Assembly (NCBI GenBank): GCA_963707395.1
Contig: CAVPPQ010000008.1
Span: 2,747-66,746, forward strand
Reading direction: 5' to 3'
Length of the DNA: 64,000 nucleotides
From: an uncultured Chloroflexia bacterium
GTDB taxonomy: Bacteria > Chloroflexota > Limnocylindria > Limnocylindrales > CSP1-4
The notes below the pieces were generated by a model that made no database searches, was not told the DNA's origin, and saw only the letters and a program-made list of their open reading frames with translations. Positions 1 through 8,129 of this stretch are shown here, one piece after another (within the stretch, counting starts at the first letter, position 1; the number at the start of each line of letters is the position of its first letter). The position numbers and the translations under genes were made by a program.

Positions 1-944
1 ATGACCGCGTCACGCACGGCCAGCACGTCCATGCCGTTGACGACCTCGGCGTGCATGCCGTCGTCGGCGAAGCCCGCGCCGCGCAGCGCCAGCGCCTTGA
101 CACCCATGACCTCATCGTCGGTGCGGTGGGTCATGCCGTAGTGGTTGTTCTGGATGAGGTAGATGATGGGCAGCCCACCCTGGCGCTCGCCGGCCAGGAA
201 GTTCGACCACTGGTACTGGGAGGCGAAGTTGAGCGACTCCAGGACCACGCCATTGGCGTAGGCGCCGTCACCGGCGAAGCAGCAGACGACCTCGCCCGTG
301 CCCAGGTAGCGCAGCGCCATGGCGGCCCCGGTGGCGATCGGCACGCTGCCGCCCACGATGGCGTTGGCGCCCAACTGGCCGCTGGAGAAGTCGGCGATGT
401 GCATGCCGCCGCCGCGGCCGCGGCAGTAGCCCTCGTCCTTGCCGAAGAGCTCGGCGATGGTGCGGTAGACGTGCTCCTCCAGCGCCGCTGCGATGAGCTC
501 TGCCCGGTCCGTGGCGCCGCTGCCCGGCACGCGGGCCTTGAGCTGCTCGTCGCTCATCTGGCGGATGGCCGAGAAGCCCTTGGCGATGGCATCGCCATGG
601 CCACGGTGCGAGCTCGTGATGCGGTCCGTGGGCCAGAGCACCGACGAGGCGCCCACGGCCGTGCCTTCCTGGCCGATCGAGACGTGCGTCGGCCCGCGGT
701 AGGCGTAGCCGCTGAGCGGCTCGTAGCCGCCCGACCGCAGCCGGACGATCATCTCCTCCAGCTCGCGGATGGCCAGCATGTCGTCCAGCAGCTCGACCGC
801 CGCCGTGCCCGTCAGCCGACCGTCTTGCAGCTCGGTCGCGAGGTCGCCGCGATAGGTGAAGCCCTTCACCGCCGGTGGCTGGATGGTGAACGGCTCGAAC
901 ACGGGCCGGTGGTCCGAGCGGTAGAGGGTAGTGGTGTCGGACAT
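1..944 (-). CDS. TPP-dependent 2-oxoacid (pyruvate/acetoin-type) dehydrogenase E1 component, alpha subunit. The C-terminus runs off the window.
   Basis: Absent from the ORF track because it is open at the window edge. My minus-strand translation from ATG 944..942 gives MSDTTTLYRSDHRP...THVSIGQEGTAVG...SSHRGHGDAIAKG...GRGGGMHIADF...CCFAGDGAYANGVVLESLNFAS...IIYLIQNNHYGMT, which carries the E1-alpha TPP motif GDG..(N)N. GAGGAGG lies just upstream, and the gene starts 9 nt after the DeoR stop. Confidence 0.85.
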   Translation of the reverse strand, partial: MSDTTTLYRSDHRPVFEPFTIQPPAVKGFTYRGDLATELQDGRLTGTAAVELLDDMLAIRELEEMIVRLRSGGYEPLSGYAYRGPTHVSIGQEGTAVGASSVLWPTDRITSSHRGHGDAIAKGFSAIRQMSDEQLKARVPGSGATDRAELIAAALEEHVYRTIAELFGKDEGYCRGRGGGMHIADFSSGQLGANAIVGGSVPIATGAAMALRYLGTGEVVCCFAGDGAYANGVVLESLNFASQYQWSNFLAGERQGGLPIIYLIQNNHYGMTHRTDDEVMGVKALALRGAGFADDGMHAEVVNGMDVLAVRDAV

Positions 945-953
945 CGATCCTCC

Positions 954-1748
954 TCAGGCGACCATGACGCGGACGCCAGCACTGGCGAAGACAGAGGCGG
1001 CCGCCTCGTCGAGTTCGGCGTCGGTGATGACGACGTCGACCTGGTCGAGACGACCGGCGTGGGCGAATGAACGGGAGCCAAGCTTGCTGCTGTCGGCCAG
1101 CAGGACGACCTCCCTGGCTCGTGAGAGGACGCGTTCCTTGGTGAAGGCCTCGCCGGGGTCGGTCGTGGTCAGACCGGCGTCCAGCGAGAGGCTGAAGGTG
1201 CCCATGAAGGCACGGTCCACGAAGAGCTCATCGATGAGCCGTGCGGAGAGCGGCCCGATGAGCGCCTGGCTCAAGGGTCGCAACTCACCCCCCACCACGA
1301 TGAGGCGTGGGCCGCGGCCGGCCAGCTCCACGATGGCCGGCAGGCTGTTGGTGACGACCGTGATGTCCGGCCGATCGACGAGCAGGCGTGCGAGTTCCAG
1401 GCAGGTGCTGCCGGCGTCCAGGTAGATGCGCGCCTCCGGCTCCACGAGCCCCACCGCCAGAGCCGCGATGCGGCGCTTCTCCTCAGCGTGCTTGGCGGCC
1501 TTGGCCTCGAAGCGGGCCTCGATGGGGCGCACGTCCATGGCCACGGCCCCGCCGTGGACGCGCCGAAGGGCGCCGCGCTCCTCCAGTTCGTCCAGGTCCC
1601 GGCGGATGGTGGCCGTGGAGACGCCCAGCTCCTCGCGCAGCTCCTCCACCCGGACGGCGTGGCGCGAGCGCACGATCTGGCGCAGGCGCTCCTGTCGCTC
1701 GGGCGCGAAGGCCACGACGTTCCCGGGGGTTCGATCAGAATCGATCAT
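954..1748 (-). CDS. DeoR/GlpR-family transcriptional regulator
   Basis: 264-aa ORF. N-terminal HTH (VEELREELGVSTATIRRDLDELEERGALRRVHGGA) followed by a DeoR C-terminal sugar-phosphate sensor domain (IYLDAGSTCLELARLL...VVTNSL...AFMGTFSLS). Confidence 0.9.
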   Translation of the reverse strand: MIDSDRTPGNVVAFAPERQERLRQIVRSRHAVRVEELREELGVSTATIRRDLDELEERGALRRVHGGAVAMDVRPIEARFEAKAAKHAEEKRRIAALAVGLVEPEARIYLDAGSTCLELARLLVDRPDITVVTNSLPAIVELAGRGPRLIVVGGELRPLSQALIGPLSARLIDELFVDRAFMGTFSLSLDAGLTTTDPGEAFTKERVLSRAREVVLLADSSKLGSRSFAHAGRLDQVDVVITDAELDEAAASVFASAGVRVMVA

Positions 1749-1863
1749 GGAATGCTGCTATTCGAGCACGAACGAGCATCATCTGTCAACCCGACCAAGG
1801 TCACCCGACAACCCTGCCGCTCGGACCGTCCGAGTGGTCGACCACGTGCGTACCATCGGTCGC

Positions 1864-3354
1864 ATGTCCCCATTCGCTGATGCCCTGGCGCGCGCCGACG
1901 GCCGCCTCGTCCTTGCCGAGCTCGTGCCCTGGGCTGGCACCATCCAAGACCACGCCGGTGAGCGCCTGCGCTCAGAGGCCCGCGACCTCGCATCCGACGC
2001 GCGCGTCAGCGCCATCACCATCACGGACAACGCGGGCGGTCATGTCCGCCTCGGCCCGCTGACGCTCGGCCACGCCATCCACGACATGGGCGGCGAGGTC
2101 CTCGTCCACGTGGCCTGCCGCGAGCGCAACCGCGCTTCGCTGGAGACGCTTGCCTACGGCCTTGCCAGCGAGGGGCTCACCAACGTCCTGGCGCTCTCCG
2201 GCGACTTCCCCACGGACGGGTACCGCGGACGCTCACGGCCGGTCTTCGACATCGACTCCGTGGGTCTCCTGTCGCTCCTGCGCGATGCGTCGGCCCACGG
2301 TCTGCACTTCACCACGGGCGCCGCCGTCAACCCCTTCAAGGCCCTGGAGGCGGACCTGGTGCCGCAGCTCCTGAAGCTCGCGCTGAAGGTTCGAGCGGGC
2401 GCCTCCTTCGCCATCTGCCAGGTGGGCTGGGACGCCCGCGCTCTCCACGAGCTCATCCGCTGGAGCGAAGCGCAGCGGCTGGACATCCCGCTCATCGCGC
2501 CGGTCTACATCCTGGGCCGCGGTGTGGCCCGAGTCTTCCATCGCGACGAGATCCCGGGCATCCGTCTCAGCGCGGAGCTGCTGGCCATGGTGGAGGCGGC
2601 CGCCGAGTCGGCGGACAAGGGCCGCGCCCGATTCCTGGAGCTGGCAGCCATGCAGGTCGCCGTGGCCCGGGGCCTGGGCTACGCGGGCGTCTACGTGGCT
2701 GGACAGCGCGACGCCGCGGAGATGGACCGCGTCCTCAGCATGGCCGACGCCTACGGTCCCGACGACTGGCGCGGCATGCTGGCCGAGGTCTCCTATCCGG
2801 AGCCGGGCGCCCACCGCCTCTTCGAGCCCGGTGACGTGCCGCAGCTGGCGTCCGACCGACCCGCCCGGCCGGGCAAGGCCCCCGGGGCGCCGCTCTTCTA
2901 CCGCTTCAACCGCCTCGTGCACGACCACGTCTTCGACCCGCAGTCGACGGGGTTCGCCGCGGCCCGTGCCTTCTACGGCCGCCTTGAGTCGATGCACATG
3001 GTCAAGCCGGCCCACGTGCTCGAGCAGGCCGTCAAGATCCCCATGTACGGCTGCAAGGACTGCGGCGACTGCTCGCTGCCGGACATCGCCTACCAGTGCC
3101 CGGAGGGCGCCTGCGCCAAGAATCAGCGCAACGGACCCTGCGGTGGCTCGCTCAACGGCCAGTGCGAGGTGCCGGGCAAGCCCTGCATCTGGGCCAACGC
3201 CTACGCTCGCCTCAAGCCCTACGGGGAAGCGCTCACCATGCTCGATCGCGACCCCGTCCTGCAGGACAATGCGCTGCGTGGCACCAGCGCCTGGGCCAAC
3301 ACCTTCATGGGCCGTGACCACTACCGCCACCAGAGCCAAGGAGACGACTCGTGA
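1864..3354 (+). CDS. metF: Methylenetetrahydrofolate reductase (MetF-like) fused to a MetV/MTHFR_C-type Cys-rich C-terminal domain
   Basis: ORF 1426..3354 trimmed to ATG 1864 (MSPFADALARADG). The N-terminal part is an MTHFR barrel (SAITITDNAGG, VLALSGDFP, AVNPFK). The C-terminal part carries YGCKDCGDCSLPDIAYQCPEGACAKNQRNGPCGG, the Cys pattern of the separate MetV subunit of acetogens. Confidence 0.85.
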   Translation: MSPFADALARADGRLVLAELVPWAGTIQDHAGERLRSEARDLASDARVSAITITDNAGGHVRLGPLTLGHAIHDMGGEVLVHVACRERNRASLETLAYGLASEGLTNVLALSGDFPTDGYRGRSRPVFDIDSVGLLSLLRDASAHGLHFTTGAAVNPFKALEADLVPQLLKLALKVRAGASFAICQVGWDARALHELIRWSEAQRLDIPLIAPVYILGRGVARVFHRDEIPGIRLSAELLAMVEAAAESADKGRARFLELAAMQVAVARGLGYAGVYVAGQRDAAEMDRVLSMADAYGPDDWRGMLAEVSYPEPGAHRLFEPGDVPQLASDRPARPGKAPGAPLFYRFNRLVHDHVFDPQSTGFAAARAFYGRLESMHMVKPAHVLEQAVKIPMYGCKDCGDCSLPDIAYQCPEGACAKNQRNGPCGGSLNGQCEVPGKPCIWANAYARLKPYGEALTMLDRDPVLQDNALRGTSAWANTFMGRDHYRHQSQGDDS

Positions 3355-4409
3355 CCGACGCCGCAGGCGCCCGACCGTTCATCATCATCGGCGAGAACAT
3401 CCACTGCACCCGCGTCGTCAAGCGCGACGGCGCGCGCGGAGGCGTGGCGCCCGATGGTCGGCCCGGCGTGCGCTTCCCTGACGGCTCCGGCGGTGAGACC
3501 TGGCTGCCGCTGCCCGACTCCATGCTGGAGTCCGCGGAGTTCACCACCAGCCGCCGCATCAAGCACGTCATGGCCGCCGTGCGCCAGGGTGTGGCCGGTG
3601 GACCGGAAGCAGCCGCAGCCGCCGCCTACGTGGCCTGGATGGCTGAGCGACAGATCGCCGGCGGTGCCGCCTACCTGGACCTCAACGTGGACGAGATCGA
3701 CCCGGAGACCGCCGGCCGCGTGGACGCCATGACCTGGCTCGTGCGAGCGGTCGGGCCAGCGTCCAGCGTGCCCCTCTCCATCGACTCCTCGGATGCCGTC
3801 GTCCTGGAAGCCGGGCTTGACGCCATCGACCCGGCCTGGGCAGGCGGCGCCACCCCGATGGTCAACTCCGCCTCCGCGGAGCGGACCGACATCCTCGACC
3901 TGTGCGCGCGGCGCGGCACCCCGGTGGTGCTCTCGTGCACGGGCTCGTCGATGCCGTCAGGGAGCCAGGACCGCCTCGACCGGGCGGAGCAGATCATGGG
4001 CCTGGCCCTCGAGAAGGGCATGCCGGAGGAGTCGCTGTACGTCGATGCCCTCATCATCCCCATCGGCGTCGATCCCATCGCCGGGTCGGCCTACCTGGAC
4101 GCCGTGCGCGGCATCCGTGAGCGCTTCGGCCCGCGCATCCACGTCACCGGCGGCATCTCCAACATCTCCTTCGGCCTGCCCGCGCGCCGGCTCGTGAGCG
4201 ACGTCTTCCTGGACCTCTGCGTGCAGGCCGGCCATGACAGCGGCATCGTGGACCCGGTGGCCGCGGACATCGCTGCCGCGCTGGCGCCAGACCGCGACTC
4301 GGAAGCCTACAAGCTGGCGGCGGCCATGCTCACCGGCGAGGACGCCTTCGGCATGGCGTTCATCGAGGCCTTCCGCGCCGGGCGCCTGGGCGAGGCCGCC
4401 AAGGGCTGA
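3351..4409 (+). CDS. Pterin-binding (AcsE/MeTr/MtrH-type, DHPS-like) methyltetrahydrofolate methyltransferase
   Basis: GTG 3351 overlaps the metF stop (GTGA). FIIIGENIH, AYLDLNVDE, LSIDSS, MVNSAS, LYVDALIIP and TGGISNISFG follow the order of the MeTr pterin-binding fold. It carries an extra roughly 40-aa insertion near the N-terminus. Confidence 0.85.
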   Translation: MTDAAGARPFIIIGENIHCTRVVKRDGARGGVAPDGRPGVRFPDGSGGETWLPLPDSMLESAEFTTSRRIKHVMAAVRQGVAGGPEAAAAAAYVAWMAERQIAGGAAYLDLNVDEIDPETAGRVDAMTWLVRAVGPASSVPLSIDSSDAVVLEAGLDAIDPAWAGGATPMVNSASAERTDILDLCARRGTPVVLSCTGSSMPSGSQDRLDRAEQIMGLALEKGMPEESLYVDALIIPIGVDPIAGSAYLDAVRGIRERFGPRIHVTGGISNISFGLPARRLVSDVFLDLCVQAGHDSGIVDPVAADIAAALAPDRDSEAYKLAAAMLTGEDAFGMAFIEAFRAGRLGEAAKG

Positions 4410-4450
4410 ACCCGGGACATCCGCGGCGCCAGGGCGACCTCCCTGCCTGC

Positions 4451-5308
4451 TCAGCCCGCGCTGGAACCCCCACCCCCTCCGCTGACGCTGCCACTCGCGC
4501 TGCTGGAGCCACCACCCATCCGGCCGGCGGAGATGACGCGGTCGAGGAACTGCCGCGTGCGCGGCTGTCGGGGGCTGCCGAAGATCTCGAGCGGTGGTCC
4601 CTCCTCCAGGATCTGACCCTGGTCGAGGAAGCAGACGCGGTCGGCGATGTCGCGCGCGAAGCCCATCTCGTGGGTGGCGATGATCATCGTCATGCCCTGC
4701 TCCGCCAGGCCGCGGATGACGTCCAGGACCTCGGCCACGAGCTCCGGATCGAGGGCGCTGGTGATCTCGTCGAGCAACAGCAGGTCCGGCTTCATGGCCA
4801 GCGCGCGAACGATGGCGACGCGCTGCTGCTGCCCGCCTGACAGCCGATCGGGGTACTGCTCAGCCTTCTCGGCCAGGCCGAAGCGCTCCAGGAGGTCCAG
4901 GGCCTCCCGCTCGGCCTCGGCCTTCGAGAGCTTCAGCACCTTCCGCGGCGCCAGCACGATGTTGGACAGCACGCTCATATGCGGGAAGAGGTTGTAGGCC
5001 TGGAAGACGATGCCGATGCGGCGCCGGATGCGGTCGACCTTCGTGCCGCGCGCCGTGATCTCCTCGCCCTCCACCACGACCCGGCCGGCATCGATCGGTT
5101 CCAGCAGGTTGACGCAGCGCAGCAGCGTGGACTTGCCCGAGCCGGACGCCCCGATGAGGCAGACGACCTCGTGCTCGTGGACGACCAGGTCGATGCCCTT
5201 GAGCACCTCGAGCTCGCCGAACGACTTGCGGAGGCCCTCGATGCGGACCGCCTCCGCGCCGAAGCGCCGCCCGCTGGCGCCGGTCACGGAGGCTCCGGCG
5301 CCACTCAT
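4451..5308 (-). CDS. Polar amino-acid ABC transporter, ATP-binding protein (GlnQ-like) with a Gly/Ser-rich C-terminal tail
   Basis: Walker [10 protein letters not shown], signature [11 protein letters not shown], Walker [13 protein letters not shown]. The ATG overlaps the permease stop (ATGA). The tail reads [21 protein letters not shown]. Confidence 0.9.
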   Translation of the reverse strand: MSGAGASVTGASGRRFGAEAVRIEGLRKSFGELEVLKGIDLVVHEHEVVCLIGASGSGKSTLLRCVNLLEPIDAGRVVVEGEEITARGTKVDRIRRRIGIVFQAYNLFPHMSVLSNIVLAPRKVLKLSKAEAEREALDLLERFGLAEKAEQYPDRLSGGQQQRVAIVRALAMKPDLLLLDEITSALDPELVAEVLDVIRGLAEQGMTMIIATHEMGFARDIADRVCFLDQGQILEEGPPLEIFGSPRQPRTRQFLDRVISAGRMGGGSSSASGSVSGGGGGSSAG

Positions 5309-6174
5309 CGGGCGCCCGCCATCTGCCGTCGCTGGTCGCGCGCGACGAGCCAGTCCACGAACCGTGAGAGCGGGATCGTGAGGGCCAGGAAGAGCAACGC
5401 CGTGACCACGTAGGGCGTGAAGTTGAAGGCCGCGGCCGCCTCGATGTCCGACCGGCGGAAGGCCTCGACGAGACCCAGCAGGCCGACCAGGGCCGTGTCC
5501 TTCTGGAGTCCGATGAAGTCGTTGAGCAGGGGTGGGATGACGCGCCGCACGGCCTGTGGCACGACGACGTAGCGCAGCGCCTGGAAGCGCGAGAGGCCGA
5601 GCGAACGAGCGGCCGCTTCCTGGCTGGGATGCACGGAATTGATGCCGGCCCGGTAGACCTCCGAGACGTAGGCGGAGTAGAGCAGCACGAGCGAGAGCGT
5701 GCCCCAGAAGAACTCATCCTGGGGCATGCCCTCGATGCCCAGCCCCGGCATCCCGAAGCCCAGGATGTAGACGACGAGGATGGCCGGCAGGCCCCGCATG
5801 ACGTCGACGTAGACGATGGCCAGGCCTCGGATGGGCGTGAAGACGGGGCCGGGCAGGCTGCGCATGAGGGCCAGCAGCAGCCCGAAGACGAGGACGAAGA
5901 CCTCCGCCACCAGGAACATCTGGACGTTGATCCAGAAGGCCCGCACGATCTTCGGCCACGACGAGGCGAAGATCTCGGGGTCGAAGAAGAACGACTGGAA
6001 CTCCTGCCAGCCGGGCGCGTTGACGATGAGGAAGCCCACCAGCGCGATGAACAGGAGCGTGCTGATGAGCGACACGAGGACTCCCCGGCTGCCCGTGTCG
6101 GAGCTGCCGAGGAGCCTGGAGCGGCGCGAGCCGGAAGGCATCGCCTCCCGGCTCGGCGTCCCGGGACCGGTCAT
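5305..6174 (-). CDS. Polar amino-acid ABC transporter permease (His/Glu/Gln/Arg/opine family)
   Basis: 289-aa multi-TM ORF with the EAA loop region [25 protein letters not shown]. Confidence 0.9.
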   Translation of the reverse strand: MTGPGTPSREAMPSGSRRSRLLGSSDTGSRGVLVSLISTLLFIALVGFLIVNAPGWQEFQSFFFDPEIFASSWPKIVRAFWINVQMFLVAEVFVLVFGLLLALMRSLPGPVFTPIRGLAIVYVDVMRGLPAILVVYILGFGMPGLGIEGMPQDEFFWGTLSLVLLYSAYVSEVYRAGINSVHPSQEAAARSLGLSRFQALRYVVVPQAVRRVIPPLLNDFIGLQKDTALVGLLGLVEAFRRSDIEAAAAFNFTPYVVTALLFLALTIPLSRFVDWLVARDQRRQMAGAR

Positions 6175-6199
6175 GCCGGGCCCCAGGACCGATCGGCCG

Positions 6200-7192
6200 T
6201 CACTCGAAGAAGGGTACGGCGTTCACCTCGCTGATCCACTGGTCGTAGATGGCCTGCCAGGTGCCGTTCTCCTTGATGAGCGCCAGGGCCTCGTTGACGC
6301 AGGCCGTCAGTGGGCTGTCCTTCTCGAGCACCATGCCGAAGTACTCACTCGTCTCGGTGGCGATCTGCCCGGCCACCGACCCTTCCGGCTCCGGCGTGTC
6401 GAAGTCGTTGAGCTCGGCATCGCGGATGTAGAAGGCCGTGGGCAGGTCCACGACCAGGCCGTCGATGCGGCCATTGGCGAGGGCCTTCTTGCCGCCGGCG
6501 ACGTCCTTGTAGGCCAGCACCTCGCTCGTGGGCTGGATGAGCGTCTCGACGATCTCCAGGCTCGTGGTGCCCACCGGGGCGCCGAGCCGGAACTCCTTCA
6601 GGTCTGCCAGGCTGGTCGCGTCGTTGATGGGGTTGTCCACCAGCGCCACGATGCCCTGGTTCACGTCGAAATAGGAGTCGCTGAAGTCGACGCGCTCGGC
6701 GCGCTTGGCTCGGTAGGAGACCTGGCCGAGATGGACGTCGAAGTCCTTCTCTCCGGGCTTGAAGGCCAGGCCGAAGGCCGCCTGGCCGACCCAGTCGACC
6801 TGGTCCGGGGCGAAGCCGAGGGCCGCCGCGATGGCGTAAGCCATGGCCGACTCGTAGCCCTCTCCGGACGGCGGATAGCCACCGAAGTCGGCCCAATCGG
6901 AGCCCTCCGGCACCTGCCCTGACCACCACGGCGGGAAGGCCGGGTTGTCCGTGCTGACGGTGAAGCGGCCGGGGTTCTTGAGGACGTCGTCAAGAGCGCC
7001 GGCCTGGCAGGCCTCGCTGACGAGCGCCGGTGCCATGGACTCTGCCGGAGCCATGGACTCGACGGCCGGGGCCATTGACTCGGCGGGTGCCATGGACGCG
7101 TCCTGGGCCAGCGCGCCGAGCGGGCTGGCCAGCAGAGCGATGCTGGCGGCACCCACGGCCAGCACGCCCGCGCGGCGGCGATGATCGGACAT
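6200..7192 (-). CDS. Amino-acid ABC transporter substrate-binding protein (family 3 SBP) with a repeat linker
   Basis: Signal peptide MSDHRRRAGVLAVGAASIALLASPLGALA, then the repeat linker (ESMAPA)n, then an SBP_bac_3-like body (DFDVHLGQVSY, RLGAPVGTTS, GRIDGLVVDLPTA). RBS GAGGAGGGAAG lies upstream of ATG 7192. Confidence 0.9.
   Translation of the reverse strand: MSDHRRRAGVLAVGAASIALLASPLGALAQDASMAPAESMAPAVESMAPAESMAPALVSEACQAGALDDVLKNPGRFTVSTDNPAFPPWWSGQVPEGSDWADFGGYPPSGEGYESAMAYAIAAALGFAPDQVDWVGQAAFGLAFKPGEKDFDVHLGQVSYRAKRAERVDFSDSYFDVNQGIVALVDNPINDATSLADLKEFRLGAPVGTTSLEIVETLIQPTSEVLAYKDVAGGKKALANGRIDGLVVDLPTAFYIRDAELNDFDTPEPEGSVAGQIATETSEYFGMVLEKDSPLTACVNEALALIKENGTWQAIYDQWISEVNAVPFFE
7029..7102. 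repeat. In-frame 18/21-bp coding tandem repeat (about 4 copies) encoding ESMAPA-type units
   Basis: gccatggactc / gccattgactc / gccatggacgc recur at 7032, 7050, 7071 and 7089. Confidence 0.8.
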
Positions 7193-7283
7193 CTGGTGCT
7201 TCCCTCCTCGTTCCTTGTCCCAGCAGGCGGCATCATGGTCCCACAGCCGAGCGCGCCGCGCGCTCTCGTGCCAGCATGGCGGC

Positions 7284-8063
7284 GTGATCGACCCGAGCGC
7301 GCCGCTTGGCTACGGGGGCCCGCCGCCGTGGCAGCGAGACCCCCAGCCTGGACCGGCGCCACAGCACGCGCGGCCCCCCGGGGGTGGGCAGCCCGGGGGC
7401 GGGCCCCCCGGGGGCGGACAGGCCGGCGGACCACCGGTCCCCGGTCCATCGACCCCATCGGGGTGGCAGACCGGCCCGCATCCCCCGCCGCCCTCGTGGC
7501 CCGGCTGGCCACCGCCCGCGGGCCCATCGGCGAGCGACCCGCGACCCGGGTGGAGCCAGGCGCCGCCGACCGGTCGCCAGAGGCGGTCGCCCCGCAGCGA
7601 CCCCGGTGGGCTCGTGGCCGGGCTCGTCATCGCCGGGCTTGGCCTGTTCTTCCTGGCCGGCCAGGTGGAGCCGGACATCGGCCGCTTCGTGACCCTCTTC
7701 ATCGGCCTGGCGTTGCTGGCTGTCTTCGTGGTCCGCCGCGAATACGGCTTCCTGGTCCCCGGCTCGCTGCTGACGGGCATCGGCATCGGCATCGCGCTGG
7801 AGCCGGCCACGAATGGGGACATCGAGTCCGGCGTGATGATGCTCGCGCTCGCGGGCGGCTTTCTGGGCATCTGGGTGCTCGGCTCGCTCTACCGCCTTCC
7901 ACAGAGCCACTGGTGGCCGCTGATCCCGGGCGGCATCCTCACACTGATCGGCCTCGTGCAGATCAGCCGCACCGACGTGGAGGGCGCCCTGCGCCTGTGG
8001 CCGGTCATCCTCATCGTCATCGGCGCCCTCGTCCTTGGGCGCCACCTGGGTCGCCGCAGCTGA
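7284..8063 (+). CDS. Integral membrane protein with a Pro/Gly-rich N-terminal region (function unknown)
   Basis: The ORF is open from 7215 (TTG), and I prefer GTG 7284. About 110 aa are PPGGGQPGGG-type low complexity. Five or six hydrophobic helices follow (LVAGLVIAGLGLFFLAG, FVTLFIGLALLAVFVV, and others). The start codon is uncertain. Confidence 0.6.
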   Translation: MIDPSAPLGYGGPPPWQRDPQPGPAPQHARPPGGGQPGGGPPGGGQAGGPPVPGPSTPSGWQTGPHPPPPSWPGWPPPAGPSASDPRPGWSQAPPTGRQRRSPRSDPGGLVAGLVIAGLGLFFLAGQVEPDIGRFVTLFIGLALLAVFVVRREYGFLVPGSLLTGIGIGIALEPATNGDIESGVMMLALAGGFLGIWVLGSLYRLPQSHWWPLIPGGILTLIGLVQISRTDVEGALRLWPVILIVIGALVLGRHLGRRS

Positions 8064-8071
8064 GTCGCGAC

Positions 8072-8089
8072 GCCTGCCCGTCGGCAGGC
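8072..8089. terminator. GC-rich hairpin between convergent genes
   Basis: gcctgcc-cgtc-ggcaggc (7-bp stem, 4-nt loop), followed by cactcgtttcg. Confidence 0.45.
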
Positions 8090-8129
8090 CACTCGTTTCG
8101 GGCCGCTCGCGGGCGGTCTCGGGCGGCGC

